Source: a virus | Taxonomy: Duplodnaviria > Caudoviricetes | Virus record (IMG/VR): IMGVR_UViG_3300032318_000833 | Location: 1-50,390 of that record | Length of the DNA: 50,390 nt | Direction: 5' to 3' (one strand) | Part shown: piece after piece, positions 17,009 to 25,738 of the stretch | Layout: each line of letters starts with the position of its first letter | How positions within the stretch are numbered: position 1 is the stretch's first letter | Notes under the pieces: generated by a model | What the model was told of the DNA's origin: nothing | Seen by the model: the letters and a program-made list of their open reading frames with translations, nothing else | Databases searched by the model: none | Made by a program: the position numbers and the translations under genes

Positions 17009-17711
17009 CGAGCAGTACGAGAAGTTGCTTCAACCGCTTGCCGCTAACCGCGTGGCTAGCCGTAAGCAAGCCGGAATGAACTTGTCTTACCTAGAGGCTT
17101 GGGATGTAAAGGCTCATCTCATTCGCATCTTTGGGTTCGGAGGTTGGTCGGCTGACGTTATCTCCGCTGACCTAGCGTTTGAGGATAAGGATGAGAAGGG
17201 TCGCTGGAACGTGGGCTACAAGGTCGTGATGCGTTTGCGCATCCACACTTATGACGACTTTCTTGGAGAACCAACGTTCACAGAGGCAGCGGTTGGGTCG
17301 TCTACGCAATCGTCAAGGGGTGACGCGCACGACATGGCAATAAAGACTGCGGAGTCGGATGCTCTTAAGAGGGCGGCGATTAACCTTGGTACACAGTTCG
17401 GCCTCAGTCTTTACGACAATGGCAACAAGCGGGATGTTGTCGGGTACACGATGGTGGAGCCGGAGGGCTACGAGCAGCCGACAACGACTAGCGTTGAGCC
17501 TGAGTCGCAGCCTTCCACCCCTGTGCCTAATGATCTTGTGGCTAAGGTGGCAGAAGCCACGGACAAGGTCGCGCTTAAGGCCATTTGGGATTTGTGCGTT
17601 GCTAACGGGTGGCTTGACCAATCGCTCGACGGTGCCGAGATCAGCATGCGTAACGTGATCATTGATCGACTTGCTGAGATCGAGCCCCTTGTAGAGGCAG
17701 TTGACGAGTGA
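16995..17711 (+). CDS. Rad52/Sak-like single-strand annealing protein
   Basis: LSYLEAWDVKAHLIRIFGFGGWS and HDMAIKTAESDALKRAAINLGTQFGLSLY are Rad52-family motifs; ATG 16995. Confidence 0.88.
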   Translation: MKLTNEQYEKLLQPLAANRVASRKQAGMNLSYLEAWDVKAHLIRIFGFGGWSADVISADLAFEDKDEKGRWNVGYKVVMRLRIHTYDDFLGEPTFTEAAVGSSTQSSRGDAHDMAIKTAESDALKRAAINLGTQFGLSLYDNGNKRDVVGYTMVEPEGYEQPTTTSVEPESQPSTPVPNDLVAKVAEATDKVALKAIWDLCVANGWLDQSLDGAEISMRNVIIDRLAEIEPLVEAVDE

Positions 17712-18070
17712 CTGTCATCACCCCGGCGCAAGTGGAGCAAAAACTTGTGCAACTCTCGCGGGAATACGACGAAGCGCACAAGGAATTGGAGGAAGCGGAA
17801 ATGGGTTACGCTTCTGCTAAGTCTTTGTGGGAAATCAATAGCGCAAGGGCGCGTCTTGGTATTGCTGCTCGCGCATTAGAGAACGGAAGGAAGATAACCG
17901 TTCAAGAGCGTGACGATGAGGCTCTAGTGCGTTGCCAAGACGAATTGGTTGCGCTCAACAATTCCGAAGCAATTGTGCGTGCGGCTCGCGCTAACGCTCA
18001 ACGGCTGCGCACGCAGATAGACATTGCTCGGAGCGTTGGCACAGCCGTTCGCGCGGCCTTGGAATTGTGA
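17708..18070 (+). CDS. coiled-coil hypothetical protein
   Basis: Helical ORF; GTGA overlap. Confidence 0.65.
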   Translation: MTVITPAQVEQKLVQLSREYDEAHKELEEAEMGYASAKSLWEINSARARLGIAARALENGRKITVQERDDEALVRCQDELVALNNSEAIVRAARANAQRLRTQIDIARSVGTAVRAALEL

Positions 18071-18150
18071 TGGGCGATATTGCTGACATTGTCGTCACAT
18101 TGTTTGCATTAGGTATCGGTTATTGGCTCGGCTACACAAGTGAGAAATAA
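18070..18150 (+). CDS. possible 26-aa membrane micropeptide
   Basis: MGDIADIVVTLFALGIGYWLGYTSEK fills the gap, with TGATG coupling. Confidence 0.35.
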   Translation: MGDIADIVVTLFALGIGYWLGYTSEK

Positions 18151-18170
18151 AAACTAGCGAAGGGGCAGCA

Positions 18171-18827
18171 ATGCAGAAAGAATACTTCTTGTCTTTGCTT
18201 AATAAGCAAAAGAGGAGCAAGCGATCTAAGCAAAAGCGTATCGGGCCTAGCGAGATCGGCGGTTGCTCGCGCCGCCTATGGCATCGACTAAATGATACGC
18301 CAGAGACCAACCCCGACACGTTGGTCATGGCTGCTTGGATGGGTACTGCGATTCACACCGCGCTTGAGAACAGCATTCGGCGTGACGACCCATTTGGTGA
18401 TCGGTACTTGCTAGAGCAACGATTGGAGTGGGAGGAGTTCAAGGGCCAGGTGGATTGCTTCGACAAGGAAGACCTTGAGGTTATCGACTGGAAGACAACG
18501 TCCAAGCGTAACCTCTCCGACTTCCCTAATGAGAAGCACATTGCTCAGGTCAATATGTACGGGTTCTTGCTAGAGAAGCATGGGCTTGAGGTCAAGAATG
18601 TGACGTTAGTTGGTATCCCGCGTGATGGGCATGAGACTGACGTTGTGTGGCATACAGAAGCCTACAATCGTGACGCAGCGTTGGAGTCGATAGCGCACGC
18701 TCGCAACGTGGCCTCGATGGTTGAGCCTCCCGCGCCCGAAATGTACAAGCGGTTTTGCCAAATGTTTTGCCCGTACTATGACGCGACTGAGCAAGTGGGT
18801 TGCCCTGGTAGAACGGGTCGATCATGA
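18171..18827 (+). CDS. Cas4/RecB-like PD-(D/E)XK exonuclease
   Basis: IGPSEIGGCSRR, GTAIH, GQVD, VIDWKT, QVNMY and C-terminal CQMFCPY..C. Confidence 0.85.
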   Translation: MQKEYFLSLLNKQKRSKRSKQKRIGPSEIGGCSRRLWHRLNDTPETNPDTLVMAAWMGTAIHTALENSIRRDDPFGDRYLLEQRLEWEEFKGQVDCFDKEDLEVIDWKTTSKRNLSDFPNEKHIAQVNMYGFLLEKHGLEVKNVTLVGIPRDGHETDVVWHTEAYNRDAALESIAHARNVASMVEPPAPEMYKRFCQMFCPYYDATEQVGCPGRTGRS

Positions 18828-19237
18828 ACTACACGCTTTGGGAATTGTGGGACGAGCCTGAGAAGAAACGTGACACTCATGCTTGCGCGGGTCCTAGTTG
18901 CCAGTATTGCGCGACGATGTACTTGTCGGCTGCGATGGATGCGTCATTGTCGTTGGCTAGTGATTGGCGATACAAGGCAGACTCTTGGTTTGTTGGTCTT
19001 CCGATCGGTGCTACCTTCACCAGCGAGGACTTGACTTCGGCTGTAGGTTTACCGTCAGGGGCAGAGGGAATGAATCGCAATAACGCAGTTGGGGCTTACC
19101 TACAGTCCCTCTCGCGCAGCAAGAAAATCAAGAAGGTTGATGTTGTTGCTTCACGTGCGCCGCGTTCTCATGGTGCAACGATTCTGCTTTGGCGAAAGTG
19201 CTATGACGCGGGGAAGCCCCAAGCCTCGGGGGGATGA
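18824..19237 (+). CDS. hypothetical protein (possible winged helix)
   Basis: FTSEDL...NNAVGA pattern; ATGA overlap. Confidence 0.6.
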   Translation: MNYTLWELWDEPEKKRDTHACAGPSCQYCATMYLSAAMDASLSLASDWRYKADSWFVGLPIGATFTSEDLTSAVGLPSGAEGMNRNNAVGAYLQSLSRSKKIKKVDVVASRAPRSHGATILLWRKCYDAGKPQASGG

Positions 19238-19270
19238 CTTGGGGCCTCTCACACACGAAAGGGCAATCGC

Positions 19271-20257
19271 ATGACCGAGGATAGCAGAGTGGTCGCCGAA
19301 AGGGGACCTTTTGAGATGGTTCCGCATTGGTTGTTGCACGACCTAGAAGTAAATGCGCTAGCCATTCGGCTGTACCTAGTGTTACGTCAACATGCTAATG
19401 CTCAAGGTACTTGTTTCCCCAGTCGGCAACGCCTATGCGATTTGCTTGGCGTTTCGTTACCGACATTGGATAAAGCCCGTGAGCAATTGGTTCACGCCGG
19501 AGCATTGACGATACGCAAGAGAAAGGATGCTGCAAACCAATGGGCGTCGTCGTTGTATGTCGTACATTGGGAGAAGCAAGATTTTTATGCACGGGCTACC
19601 AAGTTTTTTGATGAGGGTCATCAAGAATCTTCTATACGAACTAATACCCACTTAACTAAGACAAGTACTACTACTCCACTACAGCAAACTAATTTGCCTA
19701 CCGCTCCGGATGGGGCCAATGGTGTCGATTCCCACCCCGGCATGGGGGGCAAGGGGGACCTATGCCCCAGGCCCGATCTGGGCGATTCTGGGGGACCAGA
19801 TATGGGGGAGGGTACCCATGGGGGGACTATGGGGGACCGACCCCCCAGCGGCCTTCAGATAGCCCCTGGGAGGGGGGTCGATATCCCCGATTCCCCGATC
19901 AACCCGACCCAAAAGGGGAGGCAAGGATGGACCGTAAATGGCACTCACCCCGCATCATTTGATGACTTTTGGCGTGCGTATCCACGGCGAGCAGGCAAGA
20001 AGGCTGCGCTACAAGCGTGGCTTGCTGCGATCCGTGAAGCCGATGCAGATTGCATCGTGGAAGCCGCAAGACGTTACTCAAATGATCCGAATAGAGAACC
20101 ACGATTCACACCGCATCCCGCTACTTGGCTACGTCAAGGACGTTGGGATGATGAACCATTACCCTCGCGTTCGACTGGCGCAGCAGGCCAGCGACGAATG
20201 GACGCGTATCAAGATATCTATAACAAGATCAATCAACGAAAGGGCATCGAACAATGA
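19271..20257 (+). CDS. replication initiator (N-terminal HTH, phage O/Rep-like)
   Basis: LYLVLRQHA...CFPSRQRLCDLLGVS HTH; C-terminal FDDFWRAYPRRAGKKAA...HPATWLRQGRWDDE; low-complexity linker. Confidence 0.8.
   Translation: MTEDSRVVAERGPFEMVPHWLLHDLEVNALAIRLYLVLRQHANAQGTCFPSRQRLCDLLGVSLPTLDKAREQLVHAGALTIRKRKDAANQWASSLYVVHWEKQDFYARATKFFDEGHQESSIRTNTHLTKTSTTTPLQQTNLPTAPDGANGVDSHPGMGGKGDLCPRPDLGDSGGPDMGEGTHGGTMGDRPPSGLQIAPGRGVDIPDSPINPTQKGRQGWTVNGTHPASFDDFWRAYPRRAGKKAALQAWLAAIREADADCIVEAARRYSNDPNREPRFTPHPATWLRQGRWDDEPLPSRSTGAAGQRRMDAYQDIYNKINQRKGIEQ
19774..19877. repeat. dispersed G-run element, copy B (inside initiator gene; candidate origin)
   Basis: Homologous to 13703-13807; ATGGGGG occurs four times in 19742-19835. 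Confidence 0.7.
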
Positions 20258-20421
20258 CAAAAGAATCTACTTGTCCATGTGGTGACAATTGCGAGAAAGT
20301 GTTAGCCGAATGTTGCGGGGAACACCAAAACAAGTGCGAAACCGTGGCCTACCAAGACTTTAGGTTGTGCCACGTTGACGAAGGGTGCACTACACCGAAG
20401 GGGGGACGTACTTATGAATGA
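20254..20421 (+). CDS. small Cys-rich protein (55 aa, 8 Cys)
   Basis: Hand-translated MTKESTCPCGDNCEKVLAECCGEHQNKCETVAYQDFRLCHVDEGCTTPKGGRTYE; start motif GAAAGGGCA. Confidence 0.6.
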   Translation: MTKESTCPCGDNCEKVLAECCGEHQNKCETVAYQDFRLCHVDEGCTTPKGGRTYE

Positions 20422-20896
20422 CAACGACATACTAGGGCTACTCATCTACGCAAATGAATTAGACGGGAGGCATGCCCCGAACGAAGCCAAGGTCTACGCA
20501 TGGAAAGAAGTCCTAGATGATGCTGCCCCTGGGATGCCATTGGCTTTCGCTAAAGACGTTATCAAGCGTCACTATGGGCTTACCGACACGATGGTATCCC
20601 CGTCAATCCTTGTGAAAGCCTGGAATGACAATAGGCGCACAAGATCAGAGGCAGCCCTAGCGTTAGCCGGAAGTAACATCGAATCCCATTGTGGGATGAA
20701 GGACTGCCGATGTACGCACAATGAACCATGTTTCAAAGGATGGTTTGACAATAACGATAACACCACCACCCCGTGCCCCATATGTCGTAGATCATTATCT
20801 GAGGTCTTGCACAAATTATCTCCATTGGGCATGAGGACCTCGTACGAATACTCAATGATTAGGCAAAGGAATTACGAGGGGGTGGATCATGGATAA
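20414..20896 (+). CDS. putative helicase loader/inhibitor-like protein
   Basis: Follows initiator; LLIYANELDGR...AWKEVL...IKRHY pattern and C-terminal Cys cluster. Confidence 0.5.
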   Translation: MNDNDILGLLIYANELDGRHAPNEAKVYAWKEVLDDAAPGMPLAFAKDVIKRHYGLTDTMVSPSILVKAWNDNRRTRSEAALALAGSNIESHCGMKDCRCTHNEPCFKGWFDNNDNTTTPCPICRRSLSEVLHKLSPLGMRTSYEYSMIRQRNYEGVDHG

Positions 20897-20987
20897 CAAA
20901 GTGGAGCGTTGTAACGCCTGCGGCGGTTGGGTCCATTCGACACGCCGTTGCACGACATGCTTGATACTCGCACATCGAAACCGATAG
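20889..20987 (+). CDS. tiny Zn-ribbon peptide (32 aa)
   Basis: MDNKVERCNACGGWVHSTRRCTTCLILAHRNR; RBS GAGGGGG. Confidence 0.45.
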   Translation: MDNKVERCNACGGWVHSTRRCTTCLILAHRNR

Positions 20988-21114
20988 CATCTTATTGTCG
21001 GGGTGGCGGTCCATCCAGGCAAAAGCGAATATGGGATAACGGTAGGGGCCAGGAGCCAGGAATCCCCTGGCCTTTACCTATTTCATCTCCAAATAATGAT
21101 GCTACTGTTACCAA

Positions 21115-21495
21115 GTGGCCGTTAGTTTTTCGTTTGCGGTTGAGGGCACCCCGGTCCCGCAAGGCAGCATGAGTGTTTTCAATGGGCGCATCGTGCACCA
21201 AAAAAGCAAGCAACTCATGGCGTGGCGTAACGTAATCCATGCCGCTTGCCGTGATGTAATGCTTCCATTGGATGGGCCAGTCAAAGTGGAAGTGGACTTC
21301 ATGCTTGCACAACCCAAAAGCACCAAGCGAACAACTCCATACGTTAAGCCAGACGTTGACAAACTAGCGCGCGCCGCCCTTGATGGACTCACGGGTGCAG
21401 CGTTCCACGACGATTGCCAAGTAATCGAATTGAGAGTGCGAAAAGAGTACGGGATGCCAGGTGCATTCTTCACGATTTGGGGCGTAGAGGAATGA
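21115..21495 (+). CDS. rusA: RusA-like Holliday junction resolvase
   Basis: GTPVPQGS, KPDVDKLARAALDGLTG, DDCQV. Confidence 0.9.
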   Translation: MAVSFSFAVEGTPVPQGSMSVFNGRIVHQKSKQLMAWRNVIHAACRDVMLPLDGPVKVEVDFMLAQPKSTKRTTPYVKPDVDKLARAALDGLTGAAFHDDCQVIELRVRKEYGMPGAFFTIWGVEE

Positions 21496-21830
21496 AACAA
21501 GAACTACGCGAAGCGGTATTCGCTCGCGACACACATTGCGTTAAATGCGGTAAGGGCTTGTGTGAGCCTGTCGCGGTTCACCATCGCAAGTTAAAGAAGC
21601 AAGGCGGCAAAGACGAACTATGTAACCTGATTGCGCTTTGCTCCCCTTGCCACAACATTGCACCCGGATCAGTGCATCAAAATCCCCGCGTGAGTTATGA
21701 GCGCGGTTGGCTTGTTCCGTCGTGGGCAGACCCAGCGGAATGGCCTATTACGTTAGATGACGGTAGCCGAATCTGGCTAGACAACGAAGGATCAATTAGA
21801 AAAGAGGAGGGGCGGGCTAATGGCTGGTGA
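21492..21830 (+). CDS. HNH endonuclease
   Basis: RDTHCVKCG...HHRK..QGG...NLIALCSPCH. Confidence 0.85.
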   Translation: MKQELREAVFARDTHCVKCGKGLCEPVAVHHRKLKKQGGKDELCNLIALCSPCHNIAPGSVHQNPRVSYERGWLVPSWADPAEWPITLDDGSRIWLDNEGSIRKEEGRANGW

Positions 21831-22191
21831 AGCCGCAATCTCGCTTGTCGGATATGTAAAGAAAGACCCCGAACTAAAGTTCATGCCAAACGGTGACGCG
21901 GTATGCAACCTCACGATCAAGGTCGTTCCGCGCAAGCGCGGCGAATCGGGATACAAGCCTGGTAAGGCTTCTTGGTATCGCGTTGCCGTATGGCGTAAGG
22001 CAGGGGAAGCAGTAGCAGAAAAGGTGAACCTTGACGATCAGGTAGTGGTCGTCGGCTCTTTGGAGATGGACGAGTATGAGAAAGATGGGGAGAAACGCGT
22101 TATCCCGAAGATCAACGCAGACGTTGTAGGGATTGTGCCGCAAATCGCAGAAACATCAGAAACATCAAGTAACGACGGGAGTCCTTGGTAA
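21820..22191 (+). CDS. ssb: single-stranded DNA-binding protein
   Basis: LVGYVKKDPELKFMPNGDAVCNL, WYRVAVW, acidic tail ending in PW. Confidence 0.9.
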   Translation: MAGEAAISLVGYVKKDPELKFMPNGDAVCNLTIKVVPRKRGESGYKPGKASWYRVAVWRKAGEAVAEKVNLDDQVVVVGSLEMDEYEKDGEKRVIPKINADVVGIVPQIAETSETSSNDGSPW

Positions 22192-22442
22192 TGAATAATG
22201 AGTTTCCTACGCATGTGTTCGTGGCACCGGCTAATTACACGCCGGAACCGACTATTGCCGTAACGCCAACGATTGTTGACCAGATGGATAGCATCGAGGT
22301 CGCTGCTTACCTTGGTATCACGACCAACAACCTTCGACAGATGGTCTTCAAGAAGAAGTTGCTTCCGTCAGGCAAGAACGGGCGACGGCTTGTGTTCAAT
22401 AAGTCTGACGTTATTGCATTTGCGGAGGGCAGGAATAAGTGA
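22191..22442 (+). CDS. HTH DNA-binding protein
   Basis: EVAAYLGITTNNLRQMV...GRRLVFNKSDV. Confidence 0.75.
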   Translation: MNNEFPTHVFVAPANYTPEPTIAVTPTIVDQMDSIEVAAYLGITTNNLRQMVFKKKLLPSGKNGRRLVFNKSDVIAFAEGRNK

Positions 22443-23053
22443 GCGACGCGCTAAAGATCGAAAAGGTTAAGTGCGCTGCCCTAAAGACTGACCCGCAAAA
22501 CGCTCGCAAGCATTCGGAGCGTAACATCAAGGTAATTGCTAGCAGCCTTGCATCGTTCGGGCAGCGACGACCCCTTGTCGTTTGGAACGACACCATTATC
22601 GCGGGTAATGGAACACTAGAGGCAGCACAGTCACTTGGCTGGACGGACGTTTTCATTACGCGCGTCCCCGCCGATTGGACAGAAGATCAAGCCCGAGCAT
22701 TTGCGCTTGCCGATAATCGATCATCCGAACTTGGGGATTGGGATTCCGAACTCCTTGCTAGCCAGTTGATCGCTCTTAACGACACAGGTTTCGAGATTGA
22801 AGACATTGGCTTCTCCCTTGACCTTGACAATGATGACTACAACCCTTCCGGCTTCCTTGACGACATTGATCCTGGGGTTCCAAAGACTGACTCCGACTTC
22901 GGGGATAAGGACAAGTATTCGCTTCCGTACGGTTTTGATTCTGACCAACGCGAAGTAATCATTGCGGCGATCAATCATGCAAAGAAGTTGTATTCGATTG
23001 AGGCTCCGCAAGCCCTAACGCATATCGCTAAGTGCTACTTGGATTCTCCGTAG
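22439..23053 (+). CDS. ParB/Srx-like N-terminal domain protein
   Basis: DPQNARKH, SLASFGQRRPLVV, IIAGNGTLEAA, ALADNRSSEL. Confidence 0.85.
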   Translation: MSDALKIEKVKCAALKTDPQNARKHSERNIKVIASSLASFGQRRPLVVWNDTIIAGNGTLEAAQSLGWTDVFITRVPADWTEDQARAFALADNRSSELGDWDSELLASQLIALNDTGFEIEDIGFSLDLDNDDYNPSGFLDDIDPGVPKTDSDFGDKDKYSLPYGFDSDQREVIIAAINHAKKLYSIEAPQALTHIAKCYLDSP

Positions 23054-23074
23054 TAGGAAGGAGCCGAAGCCTCA

Positions 23075-24316
23075 ATGGGAAAGATGATTCGCAAGAAAAA
23101 AGAAGTAGACCGTAACGTTTACGAAATGGCTAAAGAGCGAGTAGCGCACGCGTTCGACATTTTCGATGAGATCGTAGTGTCATTCTCAGGCGGTAAAGAC
23201 TCAACTACCGTTTTGGAACTTGTGCTTGAAGAAGCAGAGAAGCGTGATCGTCTACCGCAACGCGTGGTCTTTTTCGATGAGGAAGCGATCCCTTGGCAAA
23301 CGGTCGAATACGTTGAGCGACGTAGGCAAGATCCGCGTATCAAACTAGAGTGGTACTGCGTATCCTTGCCATGTCGTAACGCTTGTGCGCGGGATGAGTC
23401 ATATTGGTACCCATGGAATCCTGACGAGAAGGACAAATGGGTTCGACCATTGCCGGAGCATGCAATCACTTCGCATCCGTTGATTGACGATTTGCCGTTA
23501 GAGAAGCGTCCCGGTTGGGCAACATTTGCAGACTTCCTTGGTAACGGAAAAGGATCAACGGCATTTGCGCTTGGTATCCGCGCTGATGAGTCGCTTGGTC
23601 GATACATGCAAGTGGCTAAGCGAGAGAAAGATAATTGGATCATCAACCTTCGGCCCGGCGTAGCCAAGGTTCTTCCGATCTATGACTTCCGCACCGAAGA
23701 TGTGTGGACTGCGCCTGCCATGTTTGGTTGGGATTACAATCGCGCCTACGACATTCTTGAAATGCTCGGCATTAGCCCGTCGCAACAGCGTTGCGCCCCG
23801 CCATACGGCGAGGAGCCGATGCAGAAACTTTGGGTGTTTCGTGAGGGATTCCCTGAGATTTGGGACAAGATGGTTTACCGCGTTCCCGGCGCAGCAACAG
23901 CGGCGCGTTACTCCAATACAGAGTTGTATGCGTTCAATGATCGCCTTGAGAAGCCTGTCGATATCTCGTGGAAGGACTACATCTACGAGTTGGCTGGCGG
24001 GTTGGAGGAAAAGTCTCGCGGTAAGGCTATCTACACAATTCGCACCATGATTAATGGTCACTACAAGGCTGTATCTACTCCGATCATGGAAGATAGCGCG
24101 CACCCTCGCGGCGGCGTGACTTGGCAAATCATTGGGAAGATCGCCATGCGAGGAGACGACAAGGGAAGGAAAGCGCAAATGGCGCGGCACTTCTCCGACC
24201 CAAGCAAGCCAGACTTTGAGCCAATGCTCAAGAAGTACAACAATGAACTAGACAATGTGACCAGGGCTGGACGGCTTTGGGAGTTTGAGTTGGAGAATAA
24301 TAATGGGGAAGCCTGA
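23075..24316 (+). CDS. PAPS-reductase-family protein (IbrA/YbdN, DUF3440-like)
   Basis: PP-loop VSFSGGKDS, FFDEE, GIRADES, PIYDF..EDVW, YNRAYD, QRCAPPYG. Confidence 0.88.
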   Translation: MGKMIRKKKEVDRNVYEMAKERVAHAFDIFDEIVVSFSGGKDSTTVLELVLEEAEKRDRLPQRVVFFDEEAIPWQTVEYVERRRQDPRIKLEWYCVSLPCRNACARDESYWYPWNPDEKDKWVRPLPEHAITSHPLIDDLPLEKRPGWATFADFLGNGKGSTAFALGIRADESLGRYMQVAKREKDNWIINLRPGVAKVLPIYDFRTEDVWTAPAMFGWDYNRAYDILEMLGISPSQQRCAPPYGEEPMQKLWVFREGFPEIWDKMVYRVPGAATAARYSNTELYAFNDRLEKPVDISWKDYIYELAGGLEEKSRGKAIYTIRTMINGHYKAVSTPIMEDSAHPRGGVTWQIIGKIAMRGDDKGRKAQMARHFSDPSKPDFEPMLKKYNNELDNVTRAGRLWEFELENNNGEA

Positions 24317-24812
24317 CGATCATCCTTTGTCTAAAGTTGAATGGGTTGATCCAAAAAAGTTGAGGGCAAATAACTACAATCCGAACAAGGTCGCACCGCC
24401 CGAAATGAAATTGCTCAAGTTGAGCATTATGGAAAACGGTTGGACGCAGCCAATTGTGGCGCACCCGGACGGCGAGATCGTTGACGGGTTCCATCGTTGG
24501 ACACTAGCGTCGCAGGATAAGCAAGTTGCTGCGCTCGCTGGTGGGCTTTGCCCCGTAGTGCGATTGAAGATTAACGAGAGCGATTCGCGTCTTGCGACAA
24601 TTCGCCACAATCGCGCACGCGGCTCGCATTACGTCGTTCAAATGTCCAATATTGTTATTGATCTTTTGGAGGCTGGACTGTCGGAAGATGAAATCAGCAA
24701 GCGACTTGGCATGGAACCTGAGGAGGTTCTGCGCCTAAAGATGCGAGGAGATTCCATTGCGCGCAAAGCCAAGAAAGACTTCAACAACGGCTGGGTACCT
24801 GGGGATAAGTAA
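24303..24812 (+). CDS. ParB-like protein (IbrB/YbdM-like)
   Basis: ANNYNPNKVAPPEMKLLKLSI..GWTQPIV, IVDGFHR, TIRHNRARG. Confidence 0.88.
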   Translation: MGKPDDHPLSKVEWVDPKKLRANNYNPNKVAPPEMKLLKLSIMENGWTQPIVAHPDGEIVDGFHRWTLASQDKQVAALAGGLCPVVRLKINESDSRLATIRHNRARGSHYVVQMSNIVIDLLEAGLSEDEISKRLGMEPEEVLRLKMRGDSIARKAKKDFNNGWVPGDK

Positions 24813-25284
24813 GGCTCTTGTTCTTGTGACAGCCTTTGTCCTGGCTTCCCTAACGGGGGTTCATTCCCCTGCTTCCGCTGGGGAGTGTCGAACCGTGAAG
24901 ATTCTTCACAATGCTGGTTTCACGGGAAACAAATTGCAAATTGCATACGGGATCGTGATGCGAGAGAGCAAGGGACAAAACCTGTCCGAAAGTAGTCCAT
25001 GGTTCAGCGGAGCGTTAGGTTACTGGCAAGTGCAAACGTCAGCGCACTCGCATAACAAGTGGTGGTCTCGCGCCGCGATGCTCAATCCGTTACGGCAAAG
25101 CCAAATTGTCTACAAGTACATGAGCAAGAAGGGGACGTATTGGCGACCGTGGGGATTGAGCGGCGACGGTAAATCAATGGACACAACCCAATACGGTGCA
25201 TGGTCAGGTTGGCAGCATTACAATTGGATTTGGTTGCCTTACATTCGTTACTACAATTCTTTCCCGAAGTGCAAACTAACTTAA
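24757..25284 (+). CDS. secreted lytic-transglycosylase-like protein (start uncertain)
   Basis: Hydrophobic signal-like segment, then IAYGIVMRESKG...GYWQV...NP...WRPW (lysozyme-fold motifs). Confidence 0.65.
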   Translation: MRAKPRKTSTTAGYLGISKALVLVTAFVLASLTGVHSPASAGECRTVKILHNAGFTGNKLQIAYGIVMRESKGQNLSESSPWFSGALGYWQVQTSAHSHNKWWSRAAMLNPLRQSQIVYKYMSKKGTYWRPWGLSGDGKSMDTTQYGAWSGWQHYNWIWLPYIRYYNSFPKCKLT

Positions 25285-25296
25285 TAAGGAGTAGCA

Positions 25297-25737
25297 ATGC
25301 CTGACGTTAGCAACAACGAAAACTCACTCATCATCACGAACATCTTTGAGTTGCAACATAAGATTCTTGATGAGGGCGTTCAGGTTTGGGGTGCCCCAGC
25401 AATTGGCGTCCCGCTTCACACTAACGGTAACCTTGGCGTTGATTTACTCCGAGTCGAAGCCGGGGACTCATTCCCGATTCACACGCATCCTGGCGATCAT
25501 CTTTTGCTTTGCGTCGCAGGGACAGGATCAATCTCAATTGGGCGACGTACCTACGAGGTAAAGCCCGGCGATCTTTACATGGTGCCCGGACTGATCCCGC
25601 ATGCTGTTGGCGCAGGCGATAATGAGTTCCATGTGCTTGCGGCTTTCGGTTCTCCGCATAAGCCCGTCGCGTCGCCCGAGCGTATGACGCTCGTTGATTG
25701 GGACGGTAGCGTCGTTTCCTCTGCGAAGTTTGCTTAG
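25297..25737 (+). CDS. cupin-domain protein
   Basis: HTHPGDH...GTG...PGDLYMVPGLIPHAV cupin motifs. Confidence 0.85.
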   Translation: MPDVSNNENSLIITNIFELQHKILDEGVQVWGAPAIGVPLHTNGNLGVDLLRVEAGDSFPIHTHPGDHLLLCVAGTGSISIGRRTYEVKPGDLYMVPGLIPHAVGAGDNEFHVLAAFGSPHKPVASPERMTLVDWDGSVVSSAKFA

Positions 25738-25738
25738 C

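Noticed and set aside
18171-18827. Cas4-like gene as evidence of CRISPR-Cas
   Set aside because: Stand-alone nuclease beside a Rad52-like annealase, i.e. a usual phage recombination module.
20975-21040. GAAAC-stem...GTC segment like a hammerhead 5' half
   Set aside because: No CUGANGA follows.
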